A DNA stretch of 64,000 nucleotides from Dicyema japonicum. Taxonomy: Eukaryota; Animalia; Dicyemida. Both the position numbers and the translations under genes were made by a program. Location of the stretch: assembly GCA_011109175.1 (NCBI GenBank), contig RDEW01000001.1, positions 1,867,635 to 1,931,634 on the forward strand, given 5' to 3'. Below the pieces are notes generated by a model that was given only the letters and a program-made list of their open reading frames with translations, did not search any database and was not told the DNA's origin. Shown here piece by piece: positions 25,097 through 37,109 of the stretch; the stretch's first letter is position 1; every line of letters begins with the position of its first letter.

Positions 25097-26640
25097 GGAT
25101 CTCCACTTTCACCAGTTCTATTCAACCTATTCTTACATGACCTACCTAATTATGGAGACAAAGATTCCCTGCTATTATCCTACGCAGACGATGTAGTCAT
25201 TGCAATACGGAACCGTTCGACGCAATCTAAGAATCAGGCAAAATTGAACATTCTCCACGATTGGATTGTTGGCAATCGACTTATTATATTATTTATTATT
25301 TAAAGCACTCCCGAGAAGTCATAAAATTAATCAAGCCTCCCTTGTGCCGTATTTCTAGCCATCCTCTCTATCAGCCTTTTCCAGGACCCTCTACTTCGTG
25401 CCAGTTCCCTTAAGGTATCTAGGTCGTCTGCGGAAGTGAGCTTCAGTCCCACAGCCGACAGGCCTCCATTCAAAATAGTTGGGAGTGTGACTCTTGGTCT
25501 TCCACGGAAACCGGCTCCCGTATGCATTAGGTAGTTTTCCATGGCGATATTCGCGGGTACTTGAGCATTTAGTCGTAAGATATGTCCAAAGAGACTCCAT
25601 CTTGATCTGAAGATCTCCTCGGATAGTATACCAGATTTGCACTTCGAGTAGAGGTCATTGTTTGAGATCTTCTTAAACCACTTGATCTTGATTACTGATT
25701 TCAATTGTGTCCTGTGGAAAGCGTCAAGACGGTCCATCTCTTGTTTAGAGATTCCCCAAGTGCCTGAATTGTAGGTCAGGACGGGGATGACAAAAGCCTT
25801 ATATATTCTGAGTTTGGTGTTTAATCCCATCCTCTTCTTATGACCCCACATATTCGATACTTTCTTTAGTGCACACATTGCGAGGATTTTCCTCCGAGAA
25901 ACATCTTCTGAGTCCCCGAGAAGCGAACCCACCTTCTTTGAACCATTTGTTGGCAATCGACTTACGAAGTCTATTTGTACCATTTTCACTTCGGATCGTC
26001 GTTCTAAGGATGAACCAAGTATCTTTATTGGTCCTACTCGGATTCTAGTGACAAGGTCCCCCACTGTCCTTGGAATCAAGTACGACAGTCTACTCAATTT
26101 TAACTCTCACGCAAAAGACATGATTACCAGGGGCCTCCAAAAAATTAACGTTTTACGCGCCCTTGTCCAGAGGACCCCGAGGAATATGGACTTTTCTGTT
26201 TCTACCCTCTAACAACAAACAATCGCGCCCTCCGTTGCATGGAGATTCGCGCTATCGGAGACTATGGTCCACAGAGTCAAACTCAATACACCAGAAAACC
26301 ATCAGTATGCTTTGTTCACGTAATGGATCAACAGTCAACCCACTACTCATGGAAACTAAGACCCGTAGTCGTGGTTCCGGATTTCTTCGCGTCTGTGAGG
26401 GAGATGGAAACACCCTTCGTCTGATCATTTCCATGGCAAGAGAAAACCGATTGGATAGGAAATTCCCCTCCCCGATCGGATTCTTCTACAAGACCGAGAG
26501 AATTCTTCCGGAAAGTAGTGAGGACAATGGAAGATCACAGACGTCGAATGGCACAATTGATCGCGGGGACTGGGATCACCTAACTGTTTGACTCTTTTGT
26601 CTTTCTTTCTCGGTGTTCCCGGGGTTATTATTGTTATTAT
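25097..26640 (+). mobile_element. Vingi-like RT/3' end interrupted by an RTE insertion
   Basis: GSPLSPVLFNLFLHDLP, YADD, ends GDWDHLTV*, hairpin GGGATCAC/GTGTTCCC, GGGGTTA(TTA)n. Confidence 0.8.
25284..25946 (-). mobile_element. 5'-truncated RTE insertion with an 18-bp target-site duplication
   Basis: TSD TTGTTGGCAATCGACTTA at 25266-25283 and 25947-25964; open RTE C-terminus (YNSGTW, WSLFGHILR, GRPRVTL); (TAA)-rich tail. Confidence 0.9.
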
Positions 26641-26649
26641 TATAAGCAA

Positions 26650-29520
26650 CATGCGTAGAATCATAATAGTTATAATTTAACTCGTGCAGCATTCAAAACA
26701 ATCCTCCGAACCAACCTCTTCCAACCTCCTCGATCGTAGGAGAGTTTCCTTAGCTCTTCCAGGTCGTCACCACTTCTTAGACTTTTGTTCACGAGCTTTA
26801 GATCTCCGTCAAGTGTTTCAGGAAGTGTAATACGCCGGCGTCTATGAAAGCACGGTCCCTGTCTTATGAAGTAATCCTCTATTGCTATGTTGGCTGGAGC
26901 ACCCAAGTCCATTCGTAAAATATGTCCAAATAGCCTCCAACGCATATCAACAATTTCAAGACTCAGTGGACCTGTACAACATTTCTTATATAGTGAGTGA
27001 TTCCTTGTCTATTCTTGATGGCCAGTTCAGTCCTAGCAGGGATCTAAGTTGTCTTTGATGGAAAGAGTCTAGTCCAAGTTGTTCGGTTTTGGACGTTCCC
27101 CAGGTTGATGAATTGTACACTAGGATCGACTTGACAAAGGCTTCATACAGTCTCAAACGAACTGATGTGTAGGATCGTCGTTTGCCAATCCACTCTTTCT
27201 TCAACTTGTTCATCGTTACCCAAGCGAGGGCCTTTCCTTCTGGCAATATCTTGACTATCTCCAAGTAAAGAGCCAAGTTTGTTTGTTTTCGCCATATTTC
27301 ACTTGATCTGCTTTCCATTCTCCTGATTTCCATAATGTTAGTTTTTGCGATGTTCATTCCAAGGAACCATCGGTTCAGCTCAGCAGGGCCAGCCTCGAGG
27401 AGTCGAAGTAGGCCGATTTGTCTTCTGACACAAAGTCGACGTCGTCCGCATAGGCATTTTCGACGATGTTGCCATCAGAGAACTTCCGAGATCTCGTAAT
27501 GCCGCCTCCAGATATATGACAATTAGCAAGGGGAGAGGGAATCTCCCTGTGGAGTACCAACATTGCACGTAAATTCACGGGACAACGTCTTACCGACTTG
27601 CACTCTGAGATTCGTGTTAGATAGCAACACTCTGATCATACTGACAGAATCAGGGTCCAAGTAGACCACGACGGACCGTGTCAAAGGCCCTAGAGAGGTC
27701 TATTCCCAGGACTGTTGTTGCACTTTCAAATCTCTGGTTGATAGCGCAGCGCCACTTGTGGCTCTATACTACATCTGCAGTGGATCTTCTGTCCTGAATC
27801 CACTGTGACTAGGGGATAGATAGTTGTCCACTTGTTCTCTGATTCGGTTCAGAGTAACTAATGCCAGAAGTTTCCGTAAGGTGTTTAGCAGGATTATTGG
27901 ACGTAGGTTTTCAACAGGCCCTGCGTGCTTGTTAGGTTTTTGTATTGGGTATTCTTTTTTATAAACATAAGTTGAGTAGTTTTGCCAACTGTCTGTTAGT
28001 GCAGATGGCCCATATTTGACAAGTTCTGAATTGATTCCATCCGGTCCAGGGAGCGACCATTCTTAAGTTTGACCATTGCATTTGAGATTTCGCCAGGTGT
28101 GATAGCTTTATCAAGTTGGGTGGCGTATCCAGAACTATGATCAGATATTTCTCCGCGGACAGTTAATATATCCTCGAAATAGGACGCAATATATTCAGCC
28201 TGATCTTTGGGATTTGTTAAGAATTTTCCATTTCCGTCATGGAGTTTGAGTTTGTTCGTTTGTTTTTTCTGTTGAGCAGACGGATTGCAGTGAACATTTT
28301 TGATGAGTCTTTTAACTGTTTAACTTCTGCAGCTCTTAGATCAAGTAGGTTAGTGGCGTGCTTCCTATTCAAAACCTTAATAAGTTTTTGGGTGGATCTT
28401 CTTCTAACTTCAAGATTTGTTTCCTGTCTGGATCAGACGAATTTTCTAGTTGTAATCTTAGTTCTCTTTGTTCTTTAATGCGGGCGGGGACATCTGGATG
28501 TATACATTTTTTAAACACTGCTGGGGACCAGGTTCCGATACTCCCATTTGCTGCCGAAAGGATCTTTCATTGTCTCCGCCCAGGTGCCTCCTGGAGGAAA
28601 TCCGGGATCTAGGTTTCGGAGAAATTTCGTAATTGATATTTGGTAGTTGTCTCTGATCGATGTAGAGTAACACAGTTGTTCCATTTTATAGCTTCTTCTT
28701 ACATCTACGTTTGGCTCTCTTCTTATAAGGTCAGTCAAAGTCCTCATTGTGAACTTGGCAGAGACTATCTTGTGATCACTGTCGATAGCTGCACCTCCGT
28801 AAGACCTCGAGTCACGTAGGAGTTATTTTTCTTTAACTCGACAGATGACGTAGTCAATTTGGTTGAAAATGTTAATAGAGCCCTCGGTATGCCCAGTCCA
28901 TGTCGTTTTATGACGTGCGGGATGTTACATAGGAACAGATCAAATGCCTGGCAAAACTCTGCCAAGATGGTTCCGGGGAAGTTTCTGATTCCTCTTCCGT
29001 GCTGGCCAATGAAGCTTTCATTTCCTCTACGGGTTCCCACTTTCGCATTCAAGTCCCCGGCAATAAACAATAAGTATGATGAACAGAGGTCTGTTAATGT
29101 CCTTCCCAATTCCTTGTAGAACAGGTCAAGTTCTTTCGGATTTTTTAGGATACGTCCACTGTGTGGTACGTTGATAATTGAGATTAGTCTCCTCGAATTT
29201 CTGCATGATCTTGTACGTAGTTGTACGACACTGATTCTGTCATTGACTTTCCAGTAACGATATACTCTGGGAATATAGTCCTTGTGTATGGCAAAGCCTT
29301 GTCCATAATGCCTCGATTCCGAGGGAAGCAATAGTAACCTGTAATTTGCATTTTTTATTTTAGTCTCCTGCAGGCAGTATACAGAACCCCGGTATTTCTC
29401 AACATCCGAACAAAGAAGCTGCCTCTTAGCCACGTTATCCAGGCCTCTGACATTGAAGGTTAGGATAGTCAGGTCATTAAATTGTTCTGAATCCTTTGCA
29501 GACATAGGTGCAAGAGAAGC
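26650..29520 (-). mobile_element. RTE-clade LINE (APE-RT), near full length, decayed
   Basis: TFNVRGL..QETK APE, GDLNAKVG, AYADDV, RWRLFGHILR. Confidence 0.85.
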
Positions 29521-29649
29521 ACGTCACCACCTCAACCAAAAAGGGGTTAGTAAAATAAATAAAATAAAAATAAATGAAACACTTGTATGTCTTCTCGTAA
29601 GCATCGATGAAGTAATTGACTTACGTGACATTAGAAACTTGAAGTTCTA

Positions 29650-30600
29650 AAAAAGTGTCAATTATTTGGTTTCATGTTGGAAATGGTCAGCAATCCACGT
29701 TTATAATTGATGGAAGACTTTCTAGCGGCTCGACTTTAGTGTGGTCTTTTGATCTTCAGCAGTATCAGGTTAAGATCAGAAGGAAGGTCATAGGCAACCG
29801 ACCTACGTTTGGAGAGAAATATTTGAAGAGAAATATTTGGAGAGCAAAGGGAGATGTTGGATGATGAGTTTGATTCGTCAGACCGCAGAGCCGATCTGTG
29901 TGAAAGTCATTAAGACGATAAGGCTTTCGATCTGTGACGAGACGTGATTTCTTTTTGATCCTGTTTTTATCAACCTTTCATAAAGGACTCCTAGAAAAAA
30001 ATTATATTCTTCGAAAACGAGAGCCAGGAGAGGTCAGACTGGTATTTTTGGAGCAACTGGGCGGGAGTGAAGAATATATAGGTTGAAGATTGTCTCCACC
30101 ACATTGTCGATTGTTATCAGCAAATGGGCGTCAGAAGGTATAATTGAACGTGCTGTTTAGGTGGTGTCGGTAAATGGGATTCTGTCACGGATTAGTGTAA
30201 TAACCCACTTTCCCGTTCGTTCTATTTAGACTATTATGGCAATGGATGGGTATCCTTTGAATCGAGGAGTAAGTCTTGAAGAGGACAGTCATGTTTCTTG
30301 CATCAGAGCAATGTCCACATCGTAAGGGGATAAAACTCTATAGCTCGTCTCTTGTAAATGAGATCCCGTTAATATTAGTTGAGGAATTGATAAGTATTCC
30401 AATGAGTCGAGGTTAGGTTTGATATCTCCTGAAAGGGCAAAGTCTCGTGGAAGGGGCTGAACGCTTTTTTGAGGACAGCCAAAAGGATCCCACTGGAGGA
30501 CCGATTCTACGAAGAAAATTTTGGATCTTTTTATTGTTATATGGAACACAAAATCCGAATTTCGTCTCGAAGTAATGACCACGGTTAGATCCGATCTGTT
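29650..30600 (-). mobile_element. Vingi-like 5' part: leader, degenerate 2A, APE
   Basis: ALSGDIKPN (30412-30438) followed by (I)LQLNINGI and DVDIALMQET. Confidence 0.7.
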
Positions 30601-31172
30601 CACTGCCAAGAAGGCCAGTGTGACCTTATGGTAAATCACCAATTACATAATTAACCCAAAACCACAAATCACTAATTTTGTTGATAAATTTACACTGATT
30701 AATAATTATAATATTTATTTGGTTGGACTGAATCAACTCACAAAAATCTTGAAAAAGTAAGAGTTACCCCTCAATATCTAAAAGTCAATATTCTAAAGAC
30801 CTTTCATCTCATTCTCGGGTTCCCTTTCTTCTTTCCACATTTTTAGTCTTTAGTCTCAACTGAAATTACCTGAGAGAAATATTTCTCCACAAAGGAATGA
30901 AAACGTAGGGGTACACGTTGGTGTTCACCTCCGTCTGGTGTCACATGGATGGTTTCTTGTCTCACAGCACAAAGTAAAAAGAACCTCATATCTTCCCCAT
31001 CGGACCTCCTAAGGGGATTCCGATAGCGACGAACTGCCAATTCTTTAAGCTCCAAGAAATTCTAAGGATCTTTGGGGGAGCCCTTACTTTGAATGGAGTC
31101 TACATAAATATTTAAAAATTTAAATTATAGTTTGCTAAAAGTGCGGTTATCGTTAAAGTTTTTGTAGATTTT

Positions 31173-31928
31173 TTAAGGAAAATGTTTCTTCCAAATATCT
31201 AACTCCGATTTCCACTGATCTTCCAATTCTTTGACCTTAGACTTTGTCATGCATTTAAATTTAGCAGTAGTCTTAGTATCTTCAATGGCTGATATTAATT
31301 CTTGACCTGATGGATTCAAATAATCATCGAACGTAGGATAGGTACTTCCACGCCCCACGTCTTGATTTTTGTGAAAGTTAGTATTCATCGATAAATAAGA
31401 ATTGTCATTTTGATGAGGATCACTCCTATTATAGAAAGATGTGCTATCAAATCCAAAGTTATTCCATGAGTTGTAAGTCTGGGATTCAAAATAATTTCCA
31501 CTTCCGCTGGAATGATCTCCCCTGTGATATGAAGATGTGTTATTAAATCCAAAATTATACTCAGGACTGTAGGAAGATGATCCCAAGTAATTTACAGTTT
31601 GGCTGGGTAGAATGGGTTCTCCACCATTGAAAAATGCGTCGCCGAATCCAAAATTATTATCGAGGCTGTAAGTCGGGGATCCAAAATTTCCAGTTCCACC
31701 AGATAGATGAGAATCTCCCCCATAAAGAAAAAATGTGTTATCAAATCCGAAATTATTAGCAGAATAGGACGATGATTCCTGGTAGTTTTGATTATTATTC
31801 GCTTGGGACTGTTGAGTATCCTCAATTAGACTGAGGCCAAAGTCATAATTGTCTAAAACTATTTCACAGGTAAAACTTGTTTGGTTAGGAGAATCATTCC
31901 AAAAGTCATCATTGTCTGTGAAAGACAT
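31173..31928 (-). CDS. Orphan protein with four ~33-aa S-x-Y...NFGF repeats (low complexity, N/S/G/F/Y rich); may continue into spliced exons at ~30800-31110
   Basis: Uninterrupted 251-codon ORF with ATG in AT-rich DNA; internal repeats; downstream GT-AG segments of 26, 24 and 22 nt join a further open frame. Confidence 0.65.
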   Translation of the reverse strand: MSFTDNDDFWNDSPNQTSFTCEIVLDNYDFGLSLIEDTQQSQANNNQNYQESSSYSANNFGFDNTFFLYGGDSHLSGGTGNFGSPTYSLDNNFGFGDAFFNGGEPILPSQTVNYLGSSSYSPEYNFGFNNTSSYHRGDHSSGSGNYFESQTYNSWNNFGFDSTSFYNRSDPHQNDNSYLSMNTNFHKNQDVGRGSTYPTFDDYLNPSGQELISAIEDTKTTAKFKCMTKSKVKELEDQWKSELDIWKKHFP

Positions 31929-33289
31929 CTTTGTAATTACAGCAAACTACTATTTATATATAACACCGCATGATAAGCAAATTAGATAAAATGACGTATT
32001 TTGCTAGCTCCAATATATTGAAATTGAGAAATGAACAGGTATCTCGAGGTCAATATTCTCCCACACCGCTACCTATTTTATTTTTAAGAGGCATCATCTG
32101 TTCAGCATACCTTAGGACGCCCAGTGCATAAAATTCATAAAAAAATAACCCTTTCTTCCCTAATCAAGTGGAGGGGTTCCCATGTGGAAATTGGATATGA
32201 CCTCTTTTTGTATATCCGGGGTTATTGTAAAAATAGAGGAAATAATTACTTCTTCAGTCAGTACATCCCGCAATGTCCACTTTTAGTCCTTTTGTTAAAC
32301 TGTATTTTATGTAACACGTGATTTCCTCTGAGATTGTGAGGTGGGCCCAACGCAGTTTCTTTAGTTGTGACATAATCGAGTAAGGCACGATAGACAAGAT
32401 TAATGAGTTTCAACATGAGATTCGCTATAATTATGGATATTTGCGAATGCTGGACTTTCCACGTTAATTTCTAACAACTTAAGAATAACAGCACTTTTTA
32501 ATCTCAAAATGTTTGAACTCATTATCAAAATACTATTGAATCAGGAAAGTAGGCGTTTCCATATCTAAAAATTGAAAATTGAGATTAGAATACAGGGAGT
32601 TACCGTGATTTATCAATTGGAATTACCACCAGAATATTTCCGTAATAATATTAAAATGGATAAGGTTGAAAGAGATGGTGGACTAAGATACAATATTTTA
32701 GTTCACGCGGTAATCTATTTTCTGCAAGAAGATACAGAAACTCCATGGTGGTGTTAAATCACCAAAATCTTTTTCGAGATTTTATTTGAAAAGGAGGCAT
32801 CTGGGGTTAGTTGTGTGTTAATTGGTGGTCCCCAGTTATAATATTGCGGCTGCCTATACTGGTTGAAGTTTAGATGCATATACGATGTTTCCTGACTAGA
32901 CGAGTGACACCGTCATCAACGGTACCTCACTGCAGAGCCTGGTTTTCTACAAAAACTTATGCCAAATCAAAAAAGTTAAGAGCACTCTTGATGCCATGGT
33001 CTTCTGATCAATGACAAATTATCTTCGTGGTGCCATGTGCTGCTCGAATACATTTCAAAGTTATATTAGTCTTATTCAGAATTTAAAAAACTTGGGCAAT
33101 TAATTACCAAACGTTTAAATCAATACGTAACTACGAATCACTCAGGAACAACAACAACAACAACGATTTATTGACAAAAGAGTTAAGGAGATTTCTGGAG
33201 GGTATTACATCTGAGTCTATTATAAGGCTTGGACTCCACACCTGACCCTTCATCCTCCTTTTTTTTATTATTAATCTTTTTTCGGAACG

Positions 33290-35210
33290 TTTCTCCCAGC
33301 TTTTTAATCTTTATTCTCCAGCTTTATGTATGTGTCCTGGACCTTTGATCTCCTCCTGAAACCATTGATTCGATCCTCCACAATCTTGCTAATCTGTTCC
33401 AGGAGCTTGTTTTCGTCCTCGTTTAGACTGTCTTTCAGTTTCATTTTTAAGGAGAGCTTAATTGCAGCTCTTCTAGTCTTCTCTAGGAGGGATAAAATCT
33501 TCTCCCTCTTCAGAGAGAAGAACCACCCCTCGCACCCATAAAGTAGGCTAGCGAGAATAACTTTCTTGAAGATGAACAGGTAGATGTCGCGGCTAACGTG
33601 TAACTTCCGTGTACATAGGAGCGACTGAAAGGCTCTTTTTCCCATCCCCTTTATGTCGTCCATGTAATCTCCTGCGTGTCCATAGTCGACCCCCAGGTAG
33701 CGCAGACTGTGTGAATTGTTTACTTTCAGTGTGTATTCTTGTTTCAGGTGCTTTTTCAAACTGCTTATTCGGAGTGCGCAAGATTTTTCAGCAAAGAGCT
33801 TTAGCCCTCTTAAGTTGCACCAATGCTCAATCTGGTCGACATCTCGGATTCTTCCTTCGGATATAGAAGATTTTAGAGATGTGTCCACCACGATTACGTC
33901 ATCCGCATAAATAAGAAGACTAGTATTAATATTCCTCGGACGTGGAAAACTCGCCATAAATATATTAAACAAAATAGGGCTCAATACTGAACCTTGAGGT
34001 ACTCCTCTTTTGAATGATATTGCATCAGATATATATCCACACACCTTCACAAAAGATTGTCTTTCCTGAAGATAATTTCTTAGCCAAACAAATAGGTATC
34101 TTAACACATGCTGATACAAGCTGCTTTAACAACGCTTCATGGCATACACTGTCGAATGCTTTCGAGATATCAAGACATAATAAGTTTATTTGTCTCTTGG
34201 AATCCTTTGCTTTCATGATTTCAGAATTTAGTAGAAAGAAACAGTCTGCGCAGCCTCTTCCGGGACGAAAACCCCACTGCTTCGGAATCAGAAAGTCATT
34301 TTCTTCTATATGTCTGCTTAGCCTTTTGAAAATGATACGTTCAATCACTTTCGCGAAAGAACATATTAAGCTAATTGGTCTGTAGCTTGCCGGATCTCTC
34401 TTTGGCTTCCCTTGTTTTGAAATCATCCTCACAACAGCTTTCTTCCATATTAAAGGCAAGTGGCCAAGTTGCAAACACCCATCATAAAGACATCGCAGAT
34501 AGTCAAACAAAATATCCGGACCCTCTTTGATAAGTTTCATTAATATGTGGTCATATCCTGGAGCATTGACCTTGCATTCCCTGATAGCTGTCATCACTTC
34601 AAAGATGCTGACTGCCATCATCAGCAATAGGTAGTGCTATCAGCAATACGTCGTCGGAGTGTTCAAATATATCGGCAGACACCTTCTTTTTGTCATCAGG
34701 GATCAAACTCCACGGATCCACACCCTGAATTTTTTGGAGCTGATCCTTGAATATCGAAGGTGTTTCCTCCGTTATGCATACTCCCCCGTCTGGTTTATCC
34801 AGTATAATTTTTTCTGCACCCGACTTCGGACACATTATCTTCTGATAACATTTCCAAAAAGAGGGATTCTTCATATCAATTTTTGCAGCCTCAGCCCTCC
34901 ATATACGGTCAGTCTCCTCCTTCCATATATTGCTGATTGCTTCCTTCATCATCCTGATTCTGGCTGATATGAATTCCCCGTCTATTTTGTCAGCACAACG
35001 TCTTTGCTTTGCCCTTAGGCGATTCCTCTCCCGAATAAGCCTCATAATAATTGGCGACACAAAATAATGATTTTTTTGAGAAAACCCTTCGTGAATACAG
35101 ATGAAGATATGACTGCAGTAGATTTGTTAATTCTCTACTTGCAGCATTGATACCTTCTATGGTTGAAAACTCTCTCGGTAGAACACATAAATTATTGGAT
35201 ATGAAGACCC
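33290..35210 (-). mobile_element. Jockey/I-group-like LINE, 5'-truncated, RT mostly intact
   Basis: APGYDHI, SYRPISLI, QWGFRPGRG, LDISKAFDSV, GVPQGSVLSP and YADD across three frameshifted ORFs. Confidence 0.8.
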
Positions 35211-35214
35211 TATA

Positions 35215-35699
35215 GTGGGCCCGGAGAGGGAGCATGAGAAATGGCTGCCAGATCTATGGATTGCAGCAGGTGCGAAAATTATCCACTTTTGGCATAAAGA
35301 GATAGTGATGATAAATAACGGATCTGGGCATTTGTTCAGAGATCGTAATGCTTTAATGAAGGCAATTGGAGGGCAAGTCTGGTGCCAGCAGCTGCGGCAA
35401 TTCCAGTTCCAATAGTGTATACTAAAGTTGCTGCAGTTGAAAAGCTCGTAGTTGGATCTCGGTTTGCTTGTGTGTAATACATGCAAGTAGGCCATTGCTG
35501 TAGTTAGTCTATGGCTTTACCTTGAACAAAATAGAGTGCTTAAAGCAAGCATTCTGCTTGAATATCTCAGCATGGAATAATAGAAAAAGACTTTTCTATT
35601 GGTTAACAGTAGCAAAGTAATGATTAACAGAGACAGACGGGGGCATTCGTATTGCACCGCTAGAGGTGAAATTCGTAGACCGGTGCAGGACGAACTACA

Positions 35700-35748
<49 letters not shown>

Positions 35749-35889
35749 AGTATCGAAGTCGATTAGATCTCGTCGTAGTTCCAACTATCAACGATGCCAA
35801 CTAGTACCCCGCTAATAAGTATTTGTACATTAGCGGGTTGCTTCCGGGAAACCAAAGTCTTTGGGCTCCGGGGGAAGTATGGTTGCAAA

Positions 35890-35938
<49 letters not shown>

Positions 35939-35960
35939 GCAGCTCAATTTGACTCAACAC
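35215..35960 (+). rRNA. 18S rRNA gene fragment (approx. V3-V5), probably a pseudogene
   Basis: CCGGAGAGGGAGC, GGAGGGCAAGTCTGGTGCCAGCAGC, GCTAGAGGTGAAATTC, AAACTTAAAGGAATTGACGGAAGGGCACCACCAGGAGTGGAGCCTGC; substitutions at near-universal sites; both ends missing. Confidence 0.95.
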
Positions 35961-36699
35961 AGAATCACTCAGGAAAACTACTATTTCGTTTATATTGAGA
36001 TGGAGACTTCCGGGGTGTTGGAGACACCTTTCTCTTCAATATCGAACGAAAGATCAGTTTTGACCACGTGTCGTAGTTTGGCGACCAATAAGTGAATGCC
36101 AGTTTAAATTATGTGAGGATAAATAAGAATATCAGTGCAAACGTTAAAATTTTATAAATTAACCTCACATAGCTTAGACATAAAAATTGGGTCAAATAAA
36201 AGGAATTCGCTAATAAATGATTTAAAGTTCATGAAATCCGATTCCATAAAAATTGAAATTTGTATTAATTAATACATAAGTGTCAGAGATCACTTAGTTG
36301 AGGACATTCATCACTTCATAGATTTTTCAGGAAATAAAATAAATTATTTCTTGAAAAATTAGAGTTCTGAGAAGGGGAAACTCTCAGATATTCAAATTAA
36401 TGGAAGATTTAAAGGCTAAGGTGAATCTTAAGAAGCTTATCGGACCAAGGACACACCAGATGTAAGCCAATAAAGAATAATATCTTACTAACCTTTGGTC
36501 TCCTTTGACTTCTTGGATGATGACACACTTAACATAGTCAGGATATTTTAGTGCAATCGCGATAGTTCAATAATCAAATTTGACAACCGAGATGTCTACA
36601 CCAAAGTGTTAATTACATGGTGTTACCTTTGCTCACCTACGATACACCCTCCTGCCATTTTAGTGATGAAAGGGTTTGAAAATCCTGAATAAAGTTAGA

Positions 36700-37085
36700 A
36701 CTACGGTATGAAAGAATTTATGACTAAACCCGAAAATCTTCAGTATCAAACTAAGGATACTATTGTATAACTCGGTTGTCGAACCTATACTTATATACAA
36801 CGCTGGGACTTGGGCTACCTCATCAAAGGAAGGGTAAAAACTGAACTCTCTAAAAAATCACTTGAAAAAAGAGGGTAGACCTGTCGACCAGGTGTAAGCC
36901 AATAAGCCTGGAGATAATAGAGCATCCTTGAAGACTATTAGGCACAATCTGAGAATGGAGTTTACATCCTCATCGAGGAAGGCCGACAAGAATGACTCTG
37001 CGGTCGTCATACAAAAGGACTTGAAAACCCTTAAAAAGAATTGAAAACCGCGGACGACGTGAACTCATTGAGAGCCCAAGCTAAT
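36700..37085 (+). mobile_element. RTE 3' fragment
   Basis: LYNSVVEPILIYNAGTW and LKTADDVNSLR segments. Confidence 0.6.
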
Positions 37086-37109
37086 AAGAAACATTCAATT
37101 TTTGAAAAA

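Noticed and set aside
25327-26097. 256-aa ORF as a single protein
   Set aside because: Chimeric: codons beyond the TSD at 25947 are antisense Vingi RT, and only the rest is RTE.
35215-35415. Plus-strand ORF of 66 aa
   Set aside because: Lies wholly within 18S rDNA.
35157-35495. Minus ORF with HYWNWNCRSC resembling an APE start
   Set aside because: It is the antisense of the conserved 18S GCAGC.GCGG.AATTCCAG region.
33290-35960. 18S-specific (R7/R8-like) targeted insertion
   Set aside because: Upstream 18S sequence is not present at the LINE 3' flank, so a clean site-specific insertion is not supported.
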